From contig OX597814.1 of assembly GCA_951406725.2 (NCBI GenBank), positions 225,246,001 to 225,310,000 on the forward strand: 64,000 nucleotides of DNA. The letters are read 5' to 3'. The position numbers and the translations under genes are program-made. The DNA comes from Octopus vulgaris (taxonomy: Eukaryota). The notes beneath the pieces are model-generated. The model was not told the origin of the DNA and did no database searches. It saw only the letters and a list, made by a program, of their open reading frames with translations. Shown piece after piece: positions 44,628-58,685 of this stretch; position 1 is the first letter of the stretch; each line of letters starts with the position of its first letter.

Positions 44628-44676
44628 ATCCGTGTATGGTTCCATTTCGGCTTTATTAAACTTCATCAGCACAGAT
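44628..44676 (-). ncRNA. Minimal type I hammerhead ribozyme motif (Penelope/retrozyme type)
   Basis: Minus strand AUCUGUG-CUGAUGA-AGUUUAAUAAAGCC-GAAA-UGG-AA-CCA-UA^CACGGAU: stem I 7 bp, full core, stem III 3+1 bp, AUA site; first stem II pair is an A.C mismatch. Confidence 0.75.
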
Positions 44677-45264
44677 TAATTCGAATTATTAATTCTTTTA
44701 CTTATAATTTTGAAGTACTCTTGTATAAAACTGTCCTCTGGATAAAACTATTGATTCCCTTGGTTCAAAGTCACAATTAAATTTTCATTGTCTGTGGGAG
44801 ACTGAAAAAGGGTTCTTGAATCAGTTATTGCTCAATGTTTTTTTCTAGTTTAAATTTCACTTTATATCTTACTCAAAATACCTTCCACCATTTCTTTGCT
44901 CATCATTTGTAGAAATGGTATATTCATTGATCCATCCATTTATTGACTGAAATACTGAAATAGAATCTTGATTACGCTCAGCTAGACTTTTAGCTTTGCT
45001 CTTATACTTTGTCTGAGTGTTGTTCTATTACAGATCATTCTTTTCAACCTTTTGTTATCGTATACCATCTCTGTCATATTACAATATATTGTCTTATAAA
45101 AGGGTACATAGGCAATGTGATCCTAGATACACTGTATCTGTAAAATACTATCTGTAAAATACTATCTGTAAAATAAAGAAGATAATTTGTCACAGGTGAT
45201 TGACATTTTTATCCTAAATTTGATCGATCAAGGACGTCACACACAAATACATACATGTATATAT

Positions 45265-45343
<79 letters not shown>

Positions 45344-47370
45344 CAAGAGAGAGAGAGAGAGAGAAGCTAAAGTTGTTATTTGTTTTGTTAGTAATATAAC
45401 AGGACAGAATTATTCATAAAAAGTAAATCGTATTTCGTATACTTTTGCTGGTTTCAGCAAGAATGTTGTGGTCATGCTGAGACAATTAAATAACTATTTA
45501 TTACGCTGCCACTCGGCCACCAACTTATGTAAAAAGAGCTGAGGTCAGAGATTATAATCAACTGCAGCTGACAGATGTTCAGAACTATTTTCCCCAATAA
45601 TATATCTTCAGACCTGCTGTGCAGAACGTTGTTAGCATTAATGGCACGCTGGACAGAAAAAAAAATCTGTACATTTGAATCGAACGTTCTGTTAAAATAT
45701 GTAGTCTACGTAATTCCTGACAAATCTATTTCATTTATGCCAGCTCTGTATATGAGTACAGTGTACAAGAAATTACAGCCAGCAGATAACTATAAACGGC
45801 CATAGAAAAACATGATGATTATACTAATATGCAAAAGACTGTGTTGCAATCCTGCATGCAATATAAAGTGAAAGAATACATTATTCTATAAAAGAAAAAT
45901 CCTCCAAAACGAACAAAATCTATTTCTTTGTGTTCACTGTGATATCAAAACCAATTCAGAATGATTTGTGCGACTAAGATGCGAATGTTCAAGATATCCT
46001 CCACTCAAATTTAAATTATTGTTCGCATATTTAATGAAGCTCATTTCAAAAAGCTAATTTGGAAAATACAGGAATCAGAGGAAGAGATAATGATGGATAA
46101 AAAATCTCTATGAAATACAAGTAGGAGGTAAAGTACATGGTTAGAAAACAAGATTGATGTAATTAAACAATTCCCGAATGTTGTTGAATAATGAATCAAT
46201 ACATTTATTTTCTACTTAGGAGGCGACGACTGAAGCAGCTCTTGGCGAATTGAATCTACAATAATATTTCTATTCTCGGTTGTACCCATTTTGCTTCACT
46301 TACATTGTTAATGCCCACGAGAAAGGGAATTTACGACGCAAGTGGAAATGAAATTCCGCTATAAAGCTAAAGCGTTGTGTATAGTCAATAGAAATCAATA
46401 ATGAGTATTACCATCTGCTGTAAAATATCTAATTATATTTTATGCATTTGTTAAGAATACATAAATGCTTCAGTTGCACGCCCAAACATTCGACATATAA
46501 CTTGGGCGACAGTTGTAGAAATCTTATGACGCTTTGTATAATGACTTTCCTACTTCCTCGATGCAGACTTTTCTAATGATTTCCTTATCTAGAAACATAC
46601 AAATCAGTTTGAATTCCTCATCAAATACAAAGTGAAAGTCCAATGAAATGCTAATTAATTATTCACATGTAATTAAACGTTGTTGTTCACATATCACCTG
46701 CTGATGATATAAGAATATATGCCATGTGATTGTTAGTATAGCTGTTGTTGTTGACGTGGCTATTGCTTTTATGCTTCTTCTTGTTCTAAGTGGTCGTTTC
46801 CGTTAACAGAGAAGCACTGTTAACAGAGATTATAATGACTAATACTGACCTACGACCCCTGTGTATCAAATATATATTTGAATGATCTAAATTTATACAC
46901 TGTTAATAGATTCATTAGTTCTCTTAATGTAGGAGGTCCAAACTTTATCAATCGCAAAATTCAAATTTAGGGCATATTATCAAATTATTTGTTGAATCAA
47001 AGGCTTCAGGCCAAGGGTCCACAATCTCGCTTTTTATCAGACTTTTATATGACGTCAAGCGAACTAAAAAGCATCAAATTACCAATAGACACTTCTCTCT
47101 TTTGCATGTTTGCCTATCATAAATTTCAGGAACGAAAACTTTTGCGCATGTCGTTGAAATCTGTTTAAACGCGACACTGAAATCTAGTAAAATGCGCTCC
47201 TGACTATATAATTAACAATCATATTTACTTACGGTTATGTTGTTTATTTCCTTAAGTAAAGTATCGTTACTAGAAATACAACTCAATATTAGTGACGAGA
47301 TTAAAACCCCATCGATACCAATATTGTACGAATTCGAATTATCTACCCTGACTCACCGTTAATAACTAAA

Positions 47371-47764
47371 TCTTTATATATAAAAGAGAGGTTGTGTGCT
47401 GTCTGTCTCCTACGATTTCGATTCCTAACTACTCCCACATTTTGCGGTGCAGTTTAACCAAAACCGGGTATCTTATAGTCGTGATTCATATCGAGCCCTT
47501 CTGGGTATTAGCGCACGTCTACGATGAGTCTACGATTTTAAAAACAATTTACCATAAATCTTTTCCATTTTTAATGCATTTTTGGCATATATAAGGGAAG
47601 TAACTCTCTAAAAATTTATTATTAAATCTCAGAACGTAAAAAGCTACAGTAACAGCCCCCTTGTGATTAGCCATATTGAGATGGCTATTATACTTTACAT
47701 CTCTAAAAATGCTTATATAGTTATTTCCCTTACAAACCCGAGCAACGCCGGGCGATACAGCTAG
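47371..47764 (+). mobile_element. Non-autonomous Helitron
   Basis: A|TC 5' end, CTAG|T 3' end, subterminal hairpin CCCGAGCAACGCCGGG (47737-47752), no TSD. Confidence 0.85.
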
Positions 47765-49437
47765 TTTGAAAATAAATGTTTTTATGCAACGAGCTAAAAT
47801 TCTAAATTCTGAATTCAAAGGTTACAACTCATATTCAGTTCCTGATAAATTAAAGGCCTTGTGCTTAGTCAGATAAGATTTACGAGATAAATAAAAAGAA
47901 AGAACAAGAGTAACTAACGTTTGTATAAAACGATATATTTGGACGTGAAAGATAATTAAAGTTGATAGTTTTTATCTTTTTATTTCAAGGATGTTATACT
48001 TGTGTGTAAAGTCAATAAATAAAAGTTATTCATCGTCTGTTTCTGTCTTGCTTATCGTTATTATTTATCACTTGGTTCATTACATTTTACCTTCCTTGTA
48101 ACTGACTTTCTTCTCTTCTCTCTTTCAACCCTTTTCATTATTACACCAGTCTTCTCTCCAGAAAATATGGCCGTGTATTTGCCAACAGTGGCATCGTTCT
48201 AAAAGCGGATGATCATAAATTGTTATATGGTCATAAAAATAAATAGTCAGTAATTCATCATGTAATTTATCGAGTATTTTAATATCATTGGTCTGAGACC
48301 GCATCCATGGAATACACAGTTAATAGGATGGCGTGTTAAAAGGCAGAGTTAACTAGTTAGAGATGCCAGGAAAATCTATGAAATATCAGTTACCATGAAC
48401 CAAGAGTAGAAAAGGCAATAATGGAAAACAAGAAATGGAAAACTGAGACGCAAAAAGAAGGAATGTATAAGGTTTCTGACAGATGCGTAATAACTGACGT
48501 AAACAACTTCATGTTCATTTAAATTTTTGAAATTACATTTAATTAAAAGATACGCCTCCATTCTCGTTTTATAAAGGTTCTCGTATTCTCAGCCACAAAA
48601 GGACTTGAATGGACCAACAAAGACAATACGATATTTTGTTAATACATCGGGACGTCTTCCTGTTGAATACACAGATTTATTTTCGTAATGAGAATATTTC
48701 TATGTGTTAAATACAGTTAAATATAGTTATCATTCGTAATCGAGGACTTGGTAGCAATGTATCATGCTTTCGCAAATTATTTGAGGTGCACAGGTAACAA
48801 TAGACAGCCCCTCGAACATTCTACCCTTGAAGTAGTGGAACGTACAGATCCATATTATGACGAGTGGGGGAGGAGGTGAAAAGTGCACCTTTATTTATCG
48901 ATACAGGAAAGATGAAAGCAAAGTGAAACTCGGTGATATTTGAATAAGCCTTTTGCTTGTCTTGTATACCACGTGATATACAGGATATATTTTCCAGGCG
49001 CCCATGGATCATATATAATACATATAGCTAATTTTTTTCAACCTCTAAAAGAACTTCTGACTTAGTAAAGGAAAGATTTATATTAGTCAGAACGAATGAA
49101 ACAAGATGCAACAAAAAGCCTGAAAGCAATCAAGGACGCTTGGACAAAGTTTGGATAACTTTTAGGCAGGTAAAATCTTTTGGACAGAGCACATTTTATC
49201 AGAACTGATGTTACAAACGATTTGTTTTTATATATACAATATAAGCACACTCACACACATAAAGATAAATACTTCGATATGAAAATGTACTCATACAATG
49301 TATGTGCGCGTGTGCGATATTGAAAGATTATATTTTCTTAGAATCAGCCATTTTTAAAGTATGTCTTCTATTATTGATGTGGATATGCACTTACTCTGAA
49401 TTTCTGAATTCCGATGTAGATTTGTAACAACAAAATA

Positions 49438-49561
49438 CAGTAATGCCTCGATATACGATTTAATTCGTTTCTGGAGAACGCTCGTAAAGCGAAAACCCGT
49501 AAACAGAAAATATATCTCATAAAAGCTCGTAAATCCGGTGTCTCGTAAAGCGGTATTACTG
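49438..49561. mobile_element. Small Tc1/mariner-pogo-type MITE
   Basis: TA|CAGTAATGCCTCGATATACG ... CGTAAAGCGGTATTACTG|TA. Confidence 0.8.
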
Positions 49562-49899
49562 TACCCTGTTTTGAAACACCTTTTCTACATGATTTATTTT
49601 CACTTAGCTGACCCATGTTCAATTGACCTAAGTTTAGCTGGTCCATATTTAGCATCTTCTGTCTCGCAACGATAGCAAAGTATAAGACGCTACTTTACTA
49701 CATTCGTTCATAAATTTTGCACCTCTACCATTTGTCTGTTGCTACAATATAATTATCCGTCTCAACAACTGCATCGTTTGTTTAATTATAATTGTTTCTT
49801 TTTTTCTTCATCATAATTTATGGAGCTTTCTTTTTTAAAAGTTTTGTTGGCCTATTTTTTGCTACCACTTTTGTAGCTAATATCCTCTTTGCTACAGAC

Positions 49900-50617
49900 A
49901 CAATTTTGTGGGGAGGGGGCCAGTCGATTACAACTACCCCAGTTACTCAACCGGTACATTATTTTATCGACCTGGAAATGATGAAAAGCAAAGTCGACCT
50001 CAGCGACATTTGAACTCAGAACTAGTACTTATTTCATCGACCACGAAAGGATGAAAGTCGACCTCGGCGGTATTTGAACTCAGAACGCAAAGACGTGCAA
50101 AATGCCCCTCTAAGCATTTTCCCCGACGTGCTAACGATTCTACCACATCACCGCCTTACTTTTGTAGTTAATATCAGTCCTATCTAAGGCAGCGAGCTGA
50201 GAGAATCGTTAACACACCGGACAAAATGCTTGGTAGCATTTAGTCCGTCTTTACGTTCCGAGTTCAAATGCCACCGAGATCGACTTTACCTTTCATCCTT
50301 TCGTTGTGGATGAAATAAGTACTAGAAGAGCACTGAGGTCGATATAAATGACTGAGCTCCTCCCATGAAATTGCTGGGTTTGTGCTAAAATTTGAAACCA
50401 ACCAATATTGGTTTCAAATTTAAAGAATGGTTAGCAAGGTGACAAAATGCATAGCGACATTTCGTTCATCTTTACGTTCTGCGTTCCAACTCCGCCAAAG
50501 TCGACTTTGTCTTTCATCCATTCGGTCTCGTAAAATAAGTTATATTTGAGCACTGGCGTTGATGCAACCGACTTAATCCCTCCCCGAACTTGCTAGCCTT
50601 GTGCCAAAATTTGAAAA
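49900..50617. mobile_element. SINE cluster (minus ~49900-50157 with internal duplication; plus ~50186-50400 and ~50420-50617)
   Basis: Repeated SINE core motifs in both orientations. Confidence 0.85.
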
Positions 50618-50626
50618 CTATATAAG

Positions 50627-51152
50627 TTACTCCCTCACGCAGAGAATCAATGAAATAGCTGAGAGAGTGATTGCTAAATACATAAAATTATTGAGGACGA
50701 AGCATTTTTGTCTCGTGATGGAGTGGACATCCAATGTTCTAATTACTGGAAGAAATTGCCTATGCAGAACTCCATGAAGACGCGTGCTTTTACAGCCAAC
50801 ACCGAAAACAACAGCAATAACTATAGGAGCACTCCGTCGGTTGCGACGACGAGAGTCCCAGCTGATACGAACAACGGAACAGCTTGCTCGTGAAATTAAA
50901 GTGTAAGTATCTGAGCACTCCACAAACACGTGCACCCTTAACGTAGTTCGCAAGGAGATTCAGCAGGATACTGTGTGACAAGGCTGGCCCTTTGAAATAC
51001 AGGTACTACTCCTTTTTGCCAGCTGAGTGGGCTGGAGCAACGTGAAATAAAGTGTCTTGCTCAAGGACACAACGCGCCGCCGGGAATTGAACCAACGAAT
51101 TGAACCTTACGATCATGAGCCGAATGCCCCTAACCACTAAGCCACGCGCCTT
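50627..51152 (-). mobile_element. Long tRNA-headed element (SINE or LINE 5' end)
   Basis: Minus strand starts GAAGGCGCGTGGCTTAGTGGTTAG..GGTTCAATTCC; CCTTGAGCAAGACACTT core. Confidence 0.7.
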
Positions 51153-51204
51153 CACTAATAACTATAATGACAGCAACAACGACAACAGCAATAAAAGTTT
51201 TTTC

Positions 51205-51490
51205 CAATTGAGGCACAAGGTCAACAATTTTAAGGGAATGGGGTTAGTTGATGGCATCGAACGCAGTGCTTAACTGATACTTATTTTAATCAACCGCGAA
51301 AGGATGAAAGACAATATCGACTTCGTTCAGGAGCTCAGCACGTAAAGAACAAGAAAAAAATGCCGCTAAGCATTTTGACGGAGGCGCTAACTATTCTAAA
51401 CCATTTGGAGCGATTTATTTATACTTATTTTATCGACGTTAGACGGTTGAAAGACAAAGTCAACTTAGCTGAGGCAAGGAGTCAGAACGC
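51205..51490 (-). mobile_element. Decayed SINE copies
   Basis: GAAAGGATGAAAG core and GCTAAGCATTTT. Confidence 0.65.
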
Positions 51491-52263
51491 AAACGCACAT
51501 AACTACATACCTAGTGAATTAATCCTACAATCGACTGAGTCAGAGATGTATAAAACTGAAAAGAGTTCGTCACCATGTATGTCCAATATACGCGTCTCAC
51601 GGGAAAAGTGAGACTAACCTCTACAAACTAAAAATTTAAAAAATGAAGAAAAAACCCGTTGATCAGTTTTATGGTGAAATGGGATTATTTATAGATTTGA
51701 TTTTCAGTGTGGTTGACGGGATCAGAGGAATGTGAAATATTTTGCCATTTATGAGCTACAATGTTGAAGAAAAGATGCAAATTGTGAATTTATCAAGTTT
51801 CAGCCTGATGCGTTATCAAATTAGAACAAAGTCGACAATCACAATGGGTTTTTTTTTCTTATTAGTATAAATTTCTTTAAAAGGGTAATAATTTCTGGAA
51901 TTGCTCCCATATTTGCTTCTACTTTTTGCTTGTTTCAATCACTGGATTGCGGCTATACCGAGGCACAGAGTTGATAGATTTAGTTGAATAGATCAATTCC
52001 AGTACATTTCTCTTTAAGTTTCCTAGTTGTTTCTTCGGTCTATTTCGCCCAAACTCCTAAGTTACAGGAACATAAAGAAACCAATACCAGGTATCTTGCG
52101 GGGATGAGAGACGAACACTAAGACATTCATACAATATATATATATAGATATATATATATATATATGCATATAGACATAATAAAAAAGGAAGTTGGAAAGT
52201 CTTTTGGTATTATTTATTCACCATTACACATGTTTCATTTGCTAATAGAATTTACAGTTAGAT

Positions 52264-53909
52264 CAGGGGTCGGGAAACTTTTTAGTGCGGCGGGCAAAAA
52301 TTTACAAAGAGAAAGGTCCGCGGGCAGATCACAAGTTCTAACTCTTATATTTGTGTAAATCTTGTATATATCTATGTATAATTCAACATACAGTAATAAA
52401 GATAAGTTTAACACATTAAACTAACGCGTAACATCTTTATTAACGCTGCCACTGAATTTAGAGCGTTTATATTACTTATGGAGTGTTCTATATTTTTCTA
52501 AATGCACCTATCCTAATGTTAGAGAAATCATAACAATCAAGCATAGACCAAATTTAATTTTGAAAAATTACATTAATACTTCAATAACATTATATGTAAA
52601 TGAGATATTTAAACAAATTTATCCAAGTGATAATTTTACCAAAGCTAATTAACCTTAAGTTTAAAATTTGGTTTTGTTTAGTGAACGGGATGAAACTGCT
52701 TTTTTTTGCTTTTTTTATTTGAAAGTCTAGGAATATTACATGTCTTTCAAGAAACTGCAGGTTTTCGTCAGTAAGTCAGGTACGTAGACGATTTGTTGCA
52801 TAATTCAGTTTGGGAAAAAAAAACTGCTCACATTGATAAGTTGTCGAAAATTGAGATGCGAATTTCAAGGCATCCTTATGTAAAGCAAGGCATTTCTCTG
52901 GATTGATGAATTTGTAAAATTCCAATAAAGACAGATTATTATATTTCGATTTTATTAAGTTATCTGACTTTAACTCAATTAATTCTAATTGTAAGGAATC
53001 CGGAGCCTTCTCAGGACACATATCAAAAGGTGTTTCAAAAACACGTAGATCGATTTTGCTCTCTTCTATTTCGTCAAATCAACTTTCAAATTTCTTCAAA
53101 AGACTTTCACGCTCGCCAGAGTATTCCTTTGTCGATGCGTGATTTTGTTCGCTCAATTTGGGAAAATGTGTGAAGCACTTTGTTTTCAATTGCGTGACAA
53201 ATAAATGAAGCATCGATTCAAAGCTTTTGATATGAGGAAGCAAACTGGCTATTTGCTGATATTGGAGACTTGTAGTTTCAAGTTCAAATTATTTGAATGA
53301 CTAATTATATCTACTAAAAATGTTAAATCACTTTGAAACGTTTTATCTTCCAATCTACAATAGGAACGCCTTTAATATCCATAAAAATTTTCACTTCTTC
53401 CTTCAGTTTATAAAATCGCTTAAGCATTTGGGCTTTACGTAATCACCTAACTTCACAATGGTACAATAAACCCCCATATTCGGCTTCAAGATCTTTCAAA
53501 AATTCTTTAAATTCCCTGTCATTAAAACCTTTGCTTTTTATCAAATTAACGGACTTGGTTACAACTTCATTACATTTGCACATCTTGAGAGATTTTGCAC
53601 AATGAACTTTTCATATGAATAAAGCAGTGACACATAAGGAAAGTTTTCGGATCTAAAAGATGCTTCTTCAATTTTATTCTTAATCAGAACAACGAACCCT
53701 TTTTACGACCAACCATAGATGGAGCGCAATCTGTAGTTAGACCACTAATTTTTTTCATACGGTAAATCAAAATCCTTTAAGCCTAAGTTGATCATTTGAA
53801 ATAAATCTTCATCTCTAGGCAAGAAATTTTCCCCGAATATTGAGTTTTTGCAGTTATTCCACGTATAAATATTGCCATCTGAGAAGTATTAGACAGATCA
53901 GTTGTCTCA

Positions 53910-53912
<3 letters not shown>
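52264..53912 (-). mobile_element. Decayed hAT (Buster/Charlie/SPIN-like) DNA transposon, one end missing
   Basis: TIR CAGGGGTCGGGAAACTTTTT preceded by an nnnTAnnn site (AGTTAGAT); transposase remnants DETTDLSNTSQMAIFIRG and LQLELIELK...FSTTYQCEQFF; broken at (CT)n 53913-53941. Confidence 0.88.
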
Positions 53913-53941
<29 letters not shown>

Positions 53942-54652
53942 CAAAATTCTTTGTCTATCTGTCAGTTCCCTAAGCATTCTTAAACGGCTCCACCAAATCA
54001 AAATTTACCAGGTAATAGTATTACACCGCGCGAGTGTCAACATGTAATTTTTATTTTCATTTAGATTAAAGCAATATAACATTTAATTTTTCTATAGTCA
54101 ACTATAGTAAAGGGCATTTTATACGGCGACGACGACGATTCATCTTGTGTATGAGTGTGTGTGCGTGTGTATTTGCGCGTTAGTATATGTATGTGAGAGT
54201 ATATGTGTGTGTATGAGTTTATGTGTGTCAGCGTGCAAGCTTTTTACCACACGACTACGCATATATATATATATAATTAATATAAAATTAAGGATAAAAT
54301 CTATATCAGATTTTATCTGGTAGTCAGCATGCAATCAACCGGTTACGGTTAAATTGATCAATTTATAAATATGTATCAAGGGCAAGCAAATATGTATTCA
54401 AGTCGCCAACATGCTAGAAAAAGACGCCAATGTCTAAAATCTACCTTTAGATATAAACACGCGCTGAACTCGTGCGAATAAACGAAGCAGATTGATGAAA
54501 CGACGGTTCAATTACATATAAATTGATTTCAAGATTAAGGGATAATTCCTTTTTCTATCATCAGTGAAATATAACCCAATCAATGCATATAAATGCGAAC
54601 AGGATACATACCCATGAAGCAGAACGGCTCCACAGCGCAAATACACTGTTCG

Positions 54653-54701
<49 letters not shown>

Positions 54702-54979
54702 TCGCACATACATATTCCAGGATTTTTAACTCTTATATATACCATGCTTCTGCTCAACACCGACAGCCACGACATATTTGATTGTAATAATGGAATAAAC
54801 AGATGTGCTTCGATAGGAAACAGTCGAGATTTTACCCTAACCGCCTGCCTACCTACCCACCTACCTACCTACCTACCTACCTACCTACCTACCTACTTAC
54901 ATATATACATACATGGTGGCTGCCCCCTCTTTATCGAGTATAGCGTTTGCGCGAAGCTTAATGAATGTTGTTATCGTGC

Positions 54980-55268
54980 AATGCCTGTGCAAGAAGATTT
55001 TTTAAAGTGAGAAAAGACTGTGCACTGTGTCAATCCCACTCACTAAGCAACAGCAGCCATTATCCGAAAAGAAGAACAAGTCAACATCATCGGTAACCAC
55101 TGAGCCGCAGATTTTATGTCGGAGTTATCCCAGCTACCTGAGTTACCTTCTCCTAGAAGGATGCCCTAACAAAGGCTAGGAGTCCTTCACTCCCAATGGT
55201 TTAACCGCGCGATCGGGTATTCAGTCCGATTATTTCTATGTCCCCGCGCATGGTACAGCCTTCAGACA
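54980..55268 (-). mobile_element. Possible RTE-type LINE 5'UTR / RTE-related SINE fragment
   Basis: Minus motif CTAGCCTTTGTTAGGGCATCCTTCTAGGAGAAGGTAACTC resembles RTE 5'UTR motifs as recalled; unverified. Confidence 0.35.
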
Positions 55269-55284
55269 TTTATTGTATAAATGT

Positions 55285-55590
<306 letters not shown>

Positions 55591-55834
55591 GCAATTAAGG
55601 ACAATTTCTTAATAAGGAAAACTTAACAAGAAATTATCAGGTAGATAGCGTGAAAGACCTCATAAGAGAAAAAATTTCGAAAATAATTCTTTCTTATTGA
55701 ACATATTAATTTATATATAGAGGGCATTATTATACATACATGCCACACGCTAAGAGGGACAATTAGTCATTTCTACAAAAAATTTTACTAATCCCACCGA
55801 ATGCAATTTTTCAAAGTAAGACATTTAAAAATAT

Positions 55835-55883
55835 AGACTTGTATCACCTGTGATTTCATACCTCTGTATTCATCAGCAAGCCT
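55835..55883 (-). ncRNA. Type I hammerhead ribozyme (copy 1)
   Basis: Exact reverse complement of 56382-56430. Confidence 0.88.
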
Positions 55884-56381
55884 GAACGTATCATAAATAA
55901 ACGACCCTACCTCGTCTAAGCCGAGCAGCTAACTGATCAACATCAACGAAGCACATGGGTGAGTTTACATATATTACATCCGGTAAATGGCAGACTTTTA
56001 CGAATTGCATTTCGGGGAAGAAAAGTTTTTTCGGAATAAAAATTTAGCAATTTTAAAAATTTCGGAATAAAAATTTCGGAATAAAAATTTAGCAATAAAT
56101 TAATATGTTCAATAAGAAAGAATTATTTTCGAAATGTTTTCTCTTATGAGGTCTTTCACGCTATCTACCTGATAATTTCTTGTTAAGTTTTCCTTATTAA
56201 GAAGTTGTCCTTAATTGCTAAATTTTTATTCCGAAAAAACTTTTCTTCCCCGAAATGCAATTCGTAAAAGTCTGCCATTTACCGGATGTAATATATGTAA
56301 ACTCACCCATGTGCTTCGTTGATGTTGATCAGTTAGCTGCTCGGCTTAGACGAGGTAGAGTCGTTTATTTATGATACGTTC

Positions 56382-56430
56382 AGGCTTGCTGATGAATACA
56401 GAGGTATGAAATCACAGGTGATACAAGTCT
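56382..56430 (+). ncRNA. Type I hammerhead ribozyme (copy 2)
   Basis: AGGCUUG-CUGAUGA-AUAC-AGAG-GUAU-GAAA-UCAC-AG-GUGA-UA^CAAGUCU: all three stems pair, core intact, predicted cleavage after 56423. Confidence 0.88.
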
Positions 56431-56634
56431 ATATTTTTAAATGTCTTACTTTGAAAAATTGCATTCGGTGGGATTAGTAAAATTTTTTGTAGAAATGACT
56501 AATTGTCCCTCTTAGCGTGTGGCATGTATGTATAATAATGCCCTCTATATATAAATATATATAATAGAAATATGTTTCGAAAAGAAAATAGAAACTACAT
56601 GTGGAAAAAATATGCTTTTTTCTTCTTACTTTCC

Positions 56635-56720
<86 letters not shown>

Positions 56721-57637
56721 CATAGGCGCATGGCTCAGTGGTTAGAGCGTCGATACTCATCCTACCTTGGTTTTGTTTTCCATTTCCCTTAATATATATC
56801 TATATGTATATCTATGTGTATATAGATATATATCTATATGTATATCTATGTGTATATAGATATAGAGAGATAGAAAGAGAGAGAAAGAGGGAGAAAGAGG
56901 GAGAAAGAGAGAAAGCGAGAGGGGTTGAAAAATAGATGGATACATGAACACACACACATGTATATTTATTTATTTATTTAATGACATCAGTTGATATAAA
57001 TGACGAAACAATATGCCCCTGAAGAAATTGAACTTAGAATGTGGTTGTAAATAAAGGAAGCAAGCTTGAAATTAAAGCAAAACTAAATAGACTCCACAAG
57101 GAAAAGGAAATTAAAGGAAAGAAATTAAATGACGCTTATTTGTTCTTAAGTCGGCTTTGCTATTTTTATTTTCTTGTAGGATGTGTAACTATAGGAGGAT
57201 TAAACAAAATAATAGAGAGAAACTGAGCAAAACGGAAAGGAGCGATTTACAGAAATATGATAGTAATAATTTGTATCAGGGACAAACTTAAACCTTTTTC
57301 ATTTAATGAGATCCAAACAATTGTGTAATGTAGCCATGAAAAATGCGAGACGTTATTAAGAATTTTGTTGATTTTTTTCTAATATATTTATTCTGAAAGG
57401 TTAGAAGAAGCACCAACAATATAAAATGAAAATTGTCAATGATTCGATTGTTTGAAGCAAATTTTCGTTTTAGAGAAACAAGAGCTATTCAGAAAAGAAA
57501 TTTAAGTTTGCTTCAGACATCATGGCGGAAAAGGAGATTATGATGTTTGCAGAATTGCTTCCACACACACAGTGGTGAGGCTGTTGCAAGTTTTGAAACA
57601 TAATCACCTGCAAATCATTCCAACTCATTCCTGCCTG

Positions 57638-57693
57638 TGACACATGCATGCATACATACATACATACATACATACATACATACATACACACAC

Positions 57694-57726
<33 letters not shown>

Positions 57727-57775
57727 TACATACACACGCACACATACATTCACACACATATACACGCACTCACAC

Positions 57776-57806
<31 letters not shown>

Positions 57807-58010
57807 TACATTCACACACATATACACGCACTCACACACACATACTTATACGCACACATACATACATACACGCACACACACATACATACACACACACACA
57901 CATGCATACACACACACACATACATACATACACGCACACAAACATCCATACACGCATGCACACATACATACATACACGCACGCGCACACACACACACACA
58001 CATACATATA
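57638..58010. repeat. (CATA)n/(CA)n compound microsatellite
   Basis: Direct. Confidence 0.95.
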
Positions 58011-58011
58011 G

Positions 58012-58172
58012 GTGCAGGCGTGGCTGTGTGGTAAGAATCTTGCTTCCCAAGCACATGGTTCTGGGTTTAGTTCTACTGCGTGGCACCTTGGGCAAGTGCT
58101 TTCTACTATACCCACGGGTCGATCAAATCCTTGTGCGTGGATTTGGTAGACGGAAACTGAAAGAAGCTCGTC
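58012..58172 (+). mobile_element. tRNA-derived SINE (third family) ending in (TA)n
   Basis: GCAGGCGTGGCTGTGTGGTAAG A box; GGCACCTTGGGCAAGTG core; GGATTTGGTAGACGGAAACTGAAAGAAGC tail. Confidence 0.85.
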
Positions 58173-58256
<84 letters not shown>

Positions 58257-58445
58257 AAAAAAATACAAACTGGGACAAGAACGCAAAACATTTAGAAGAC
58301 GATACAAAAAACACGGACGGGACATTCGAACCCTTCAATCTTCAGCCAAGAACCGGATCATCCTCGCAATTTCGGCTGATTAATCTTGAGATTGCTCCGA
58401 CCTGGCCAGCCCCACAGGAAAATCTAAGCCAAGGAATGAGTTGGA

Positions 58446-58476
<31 letters not shown>

Positions 58477-58685
58477 TATGCCTGTGTGTGTATGTGTGTA
58501 TATGTGTATGCATGCATGCATATATGTATGTATATATGTATGTATGACTAACATAACACAAATGGAAGGAAAAGTATAATAGCTGGGTAGTCCGACAACG
58601 TGAGACGTTACAACTGGTAGACAAAAATTCAGAGAATGGTGGACAAGATGCAAACTCATGAAAAGAACAAAACATAAAGTTGTGT

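Noticed and set aside
54526-54570. Minus-strand CUGAUGA-UA-GAAA motif
   Set aside because: No stem II and the register at the cleavage site is wrong
56724-56752. tRNA-like GGCGCATGGCTCAGTGGTTAGAGCG
   Set aside because: Only an A-box SINE head stub; no cloverleaf, so not a tRNA gene
58256-58445. Repeat-like segment between microsatellites with CUGAAGA and GAAA on minus
   Set aside because: Core elements are in the wrong order or non-canonical; may be a PLE-type terminus but cannot be supported
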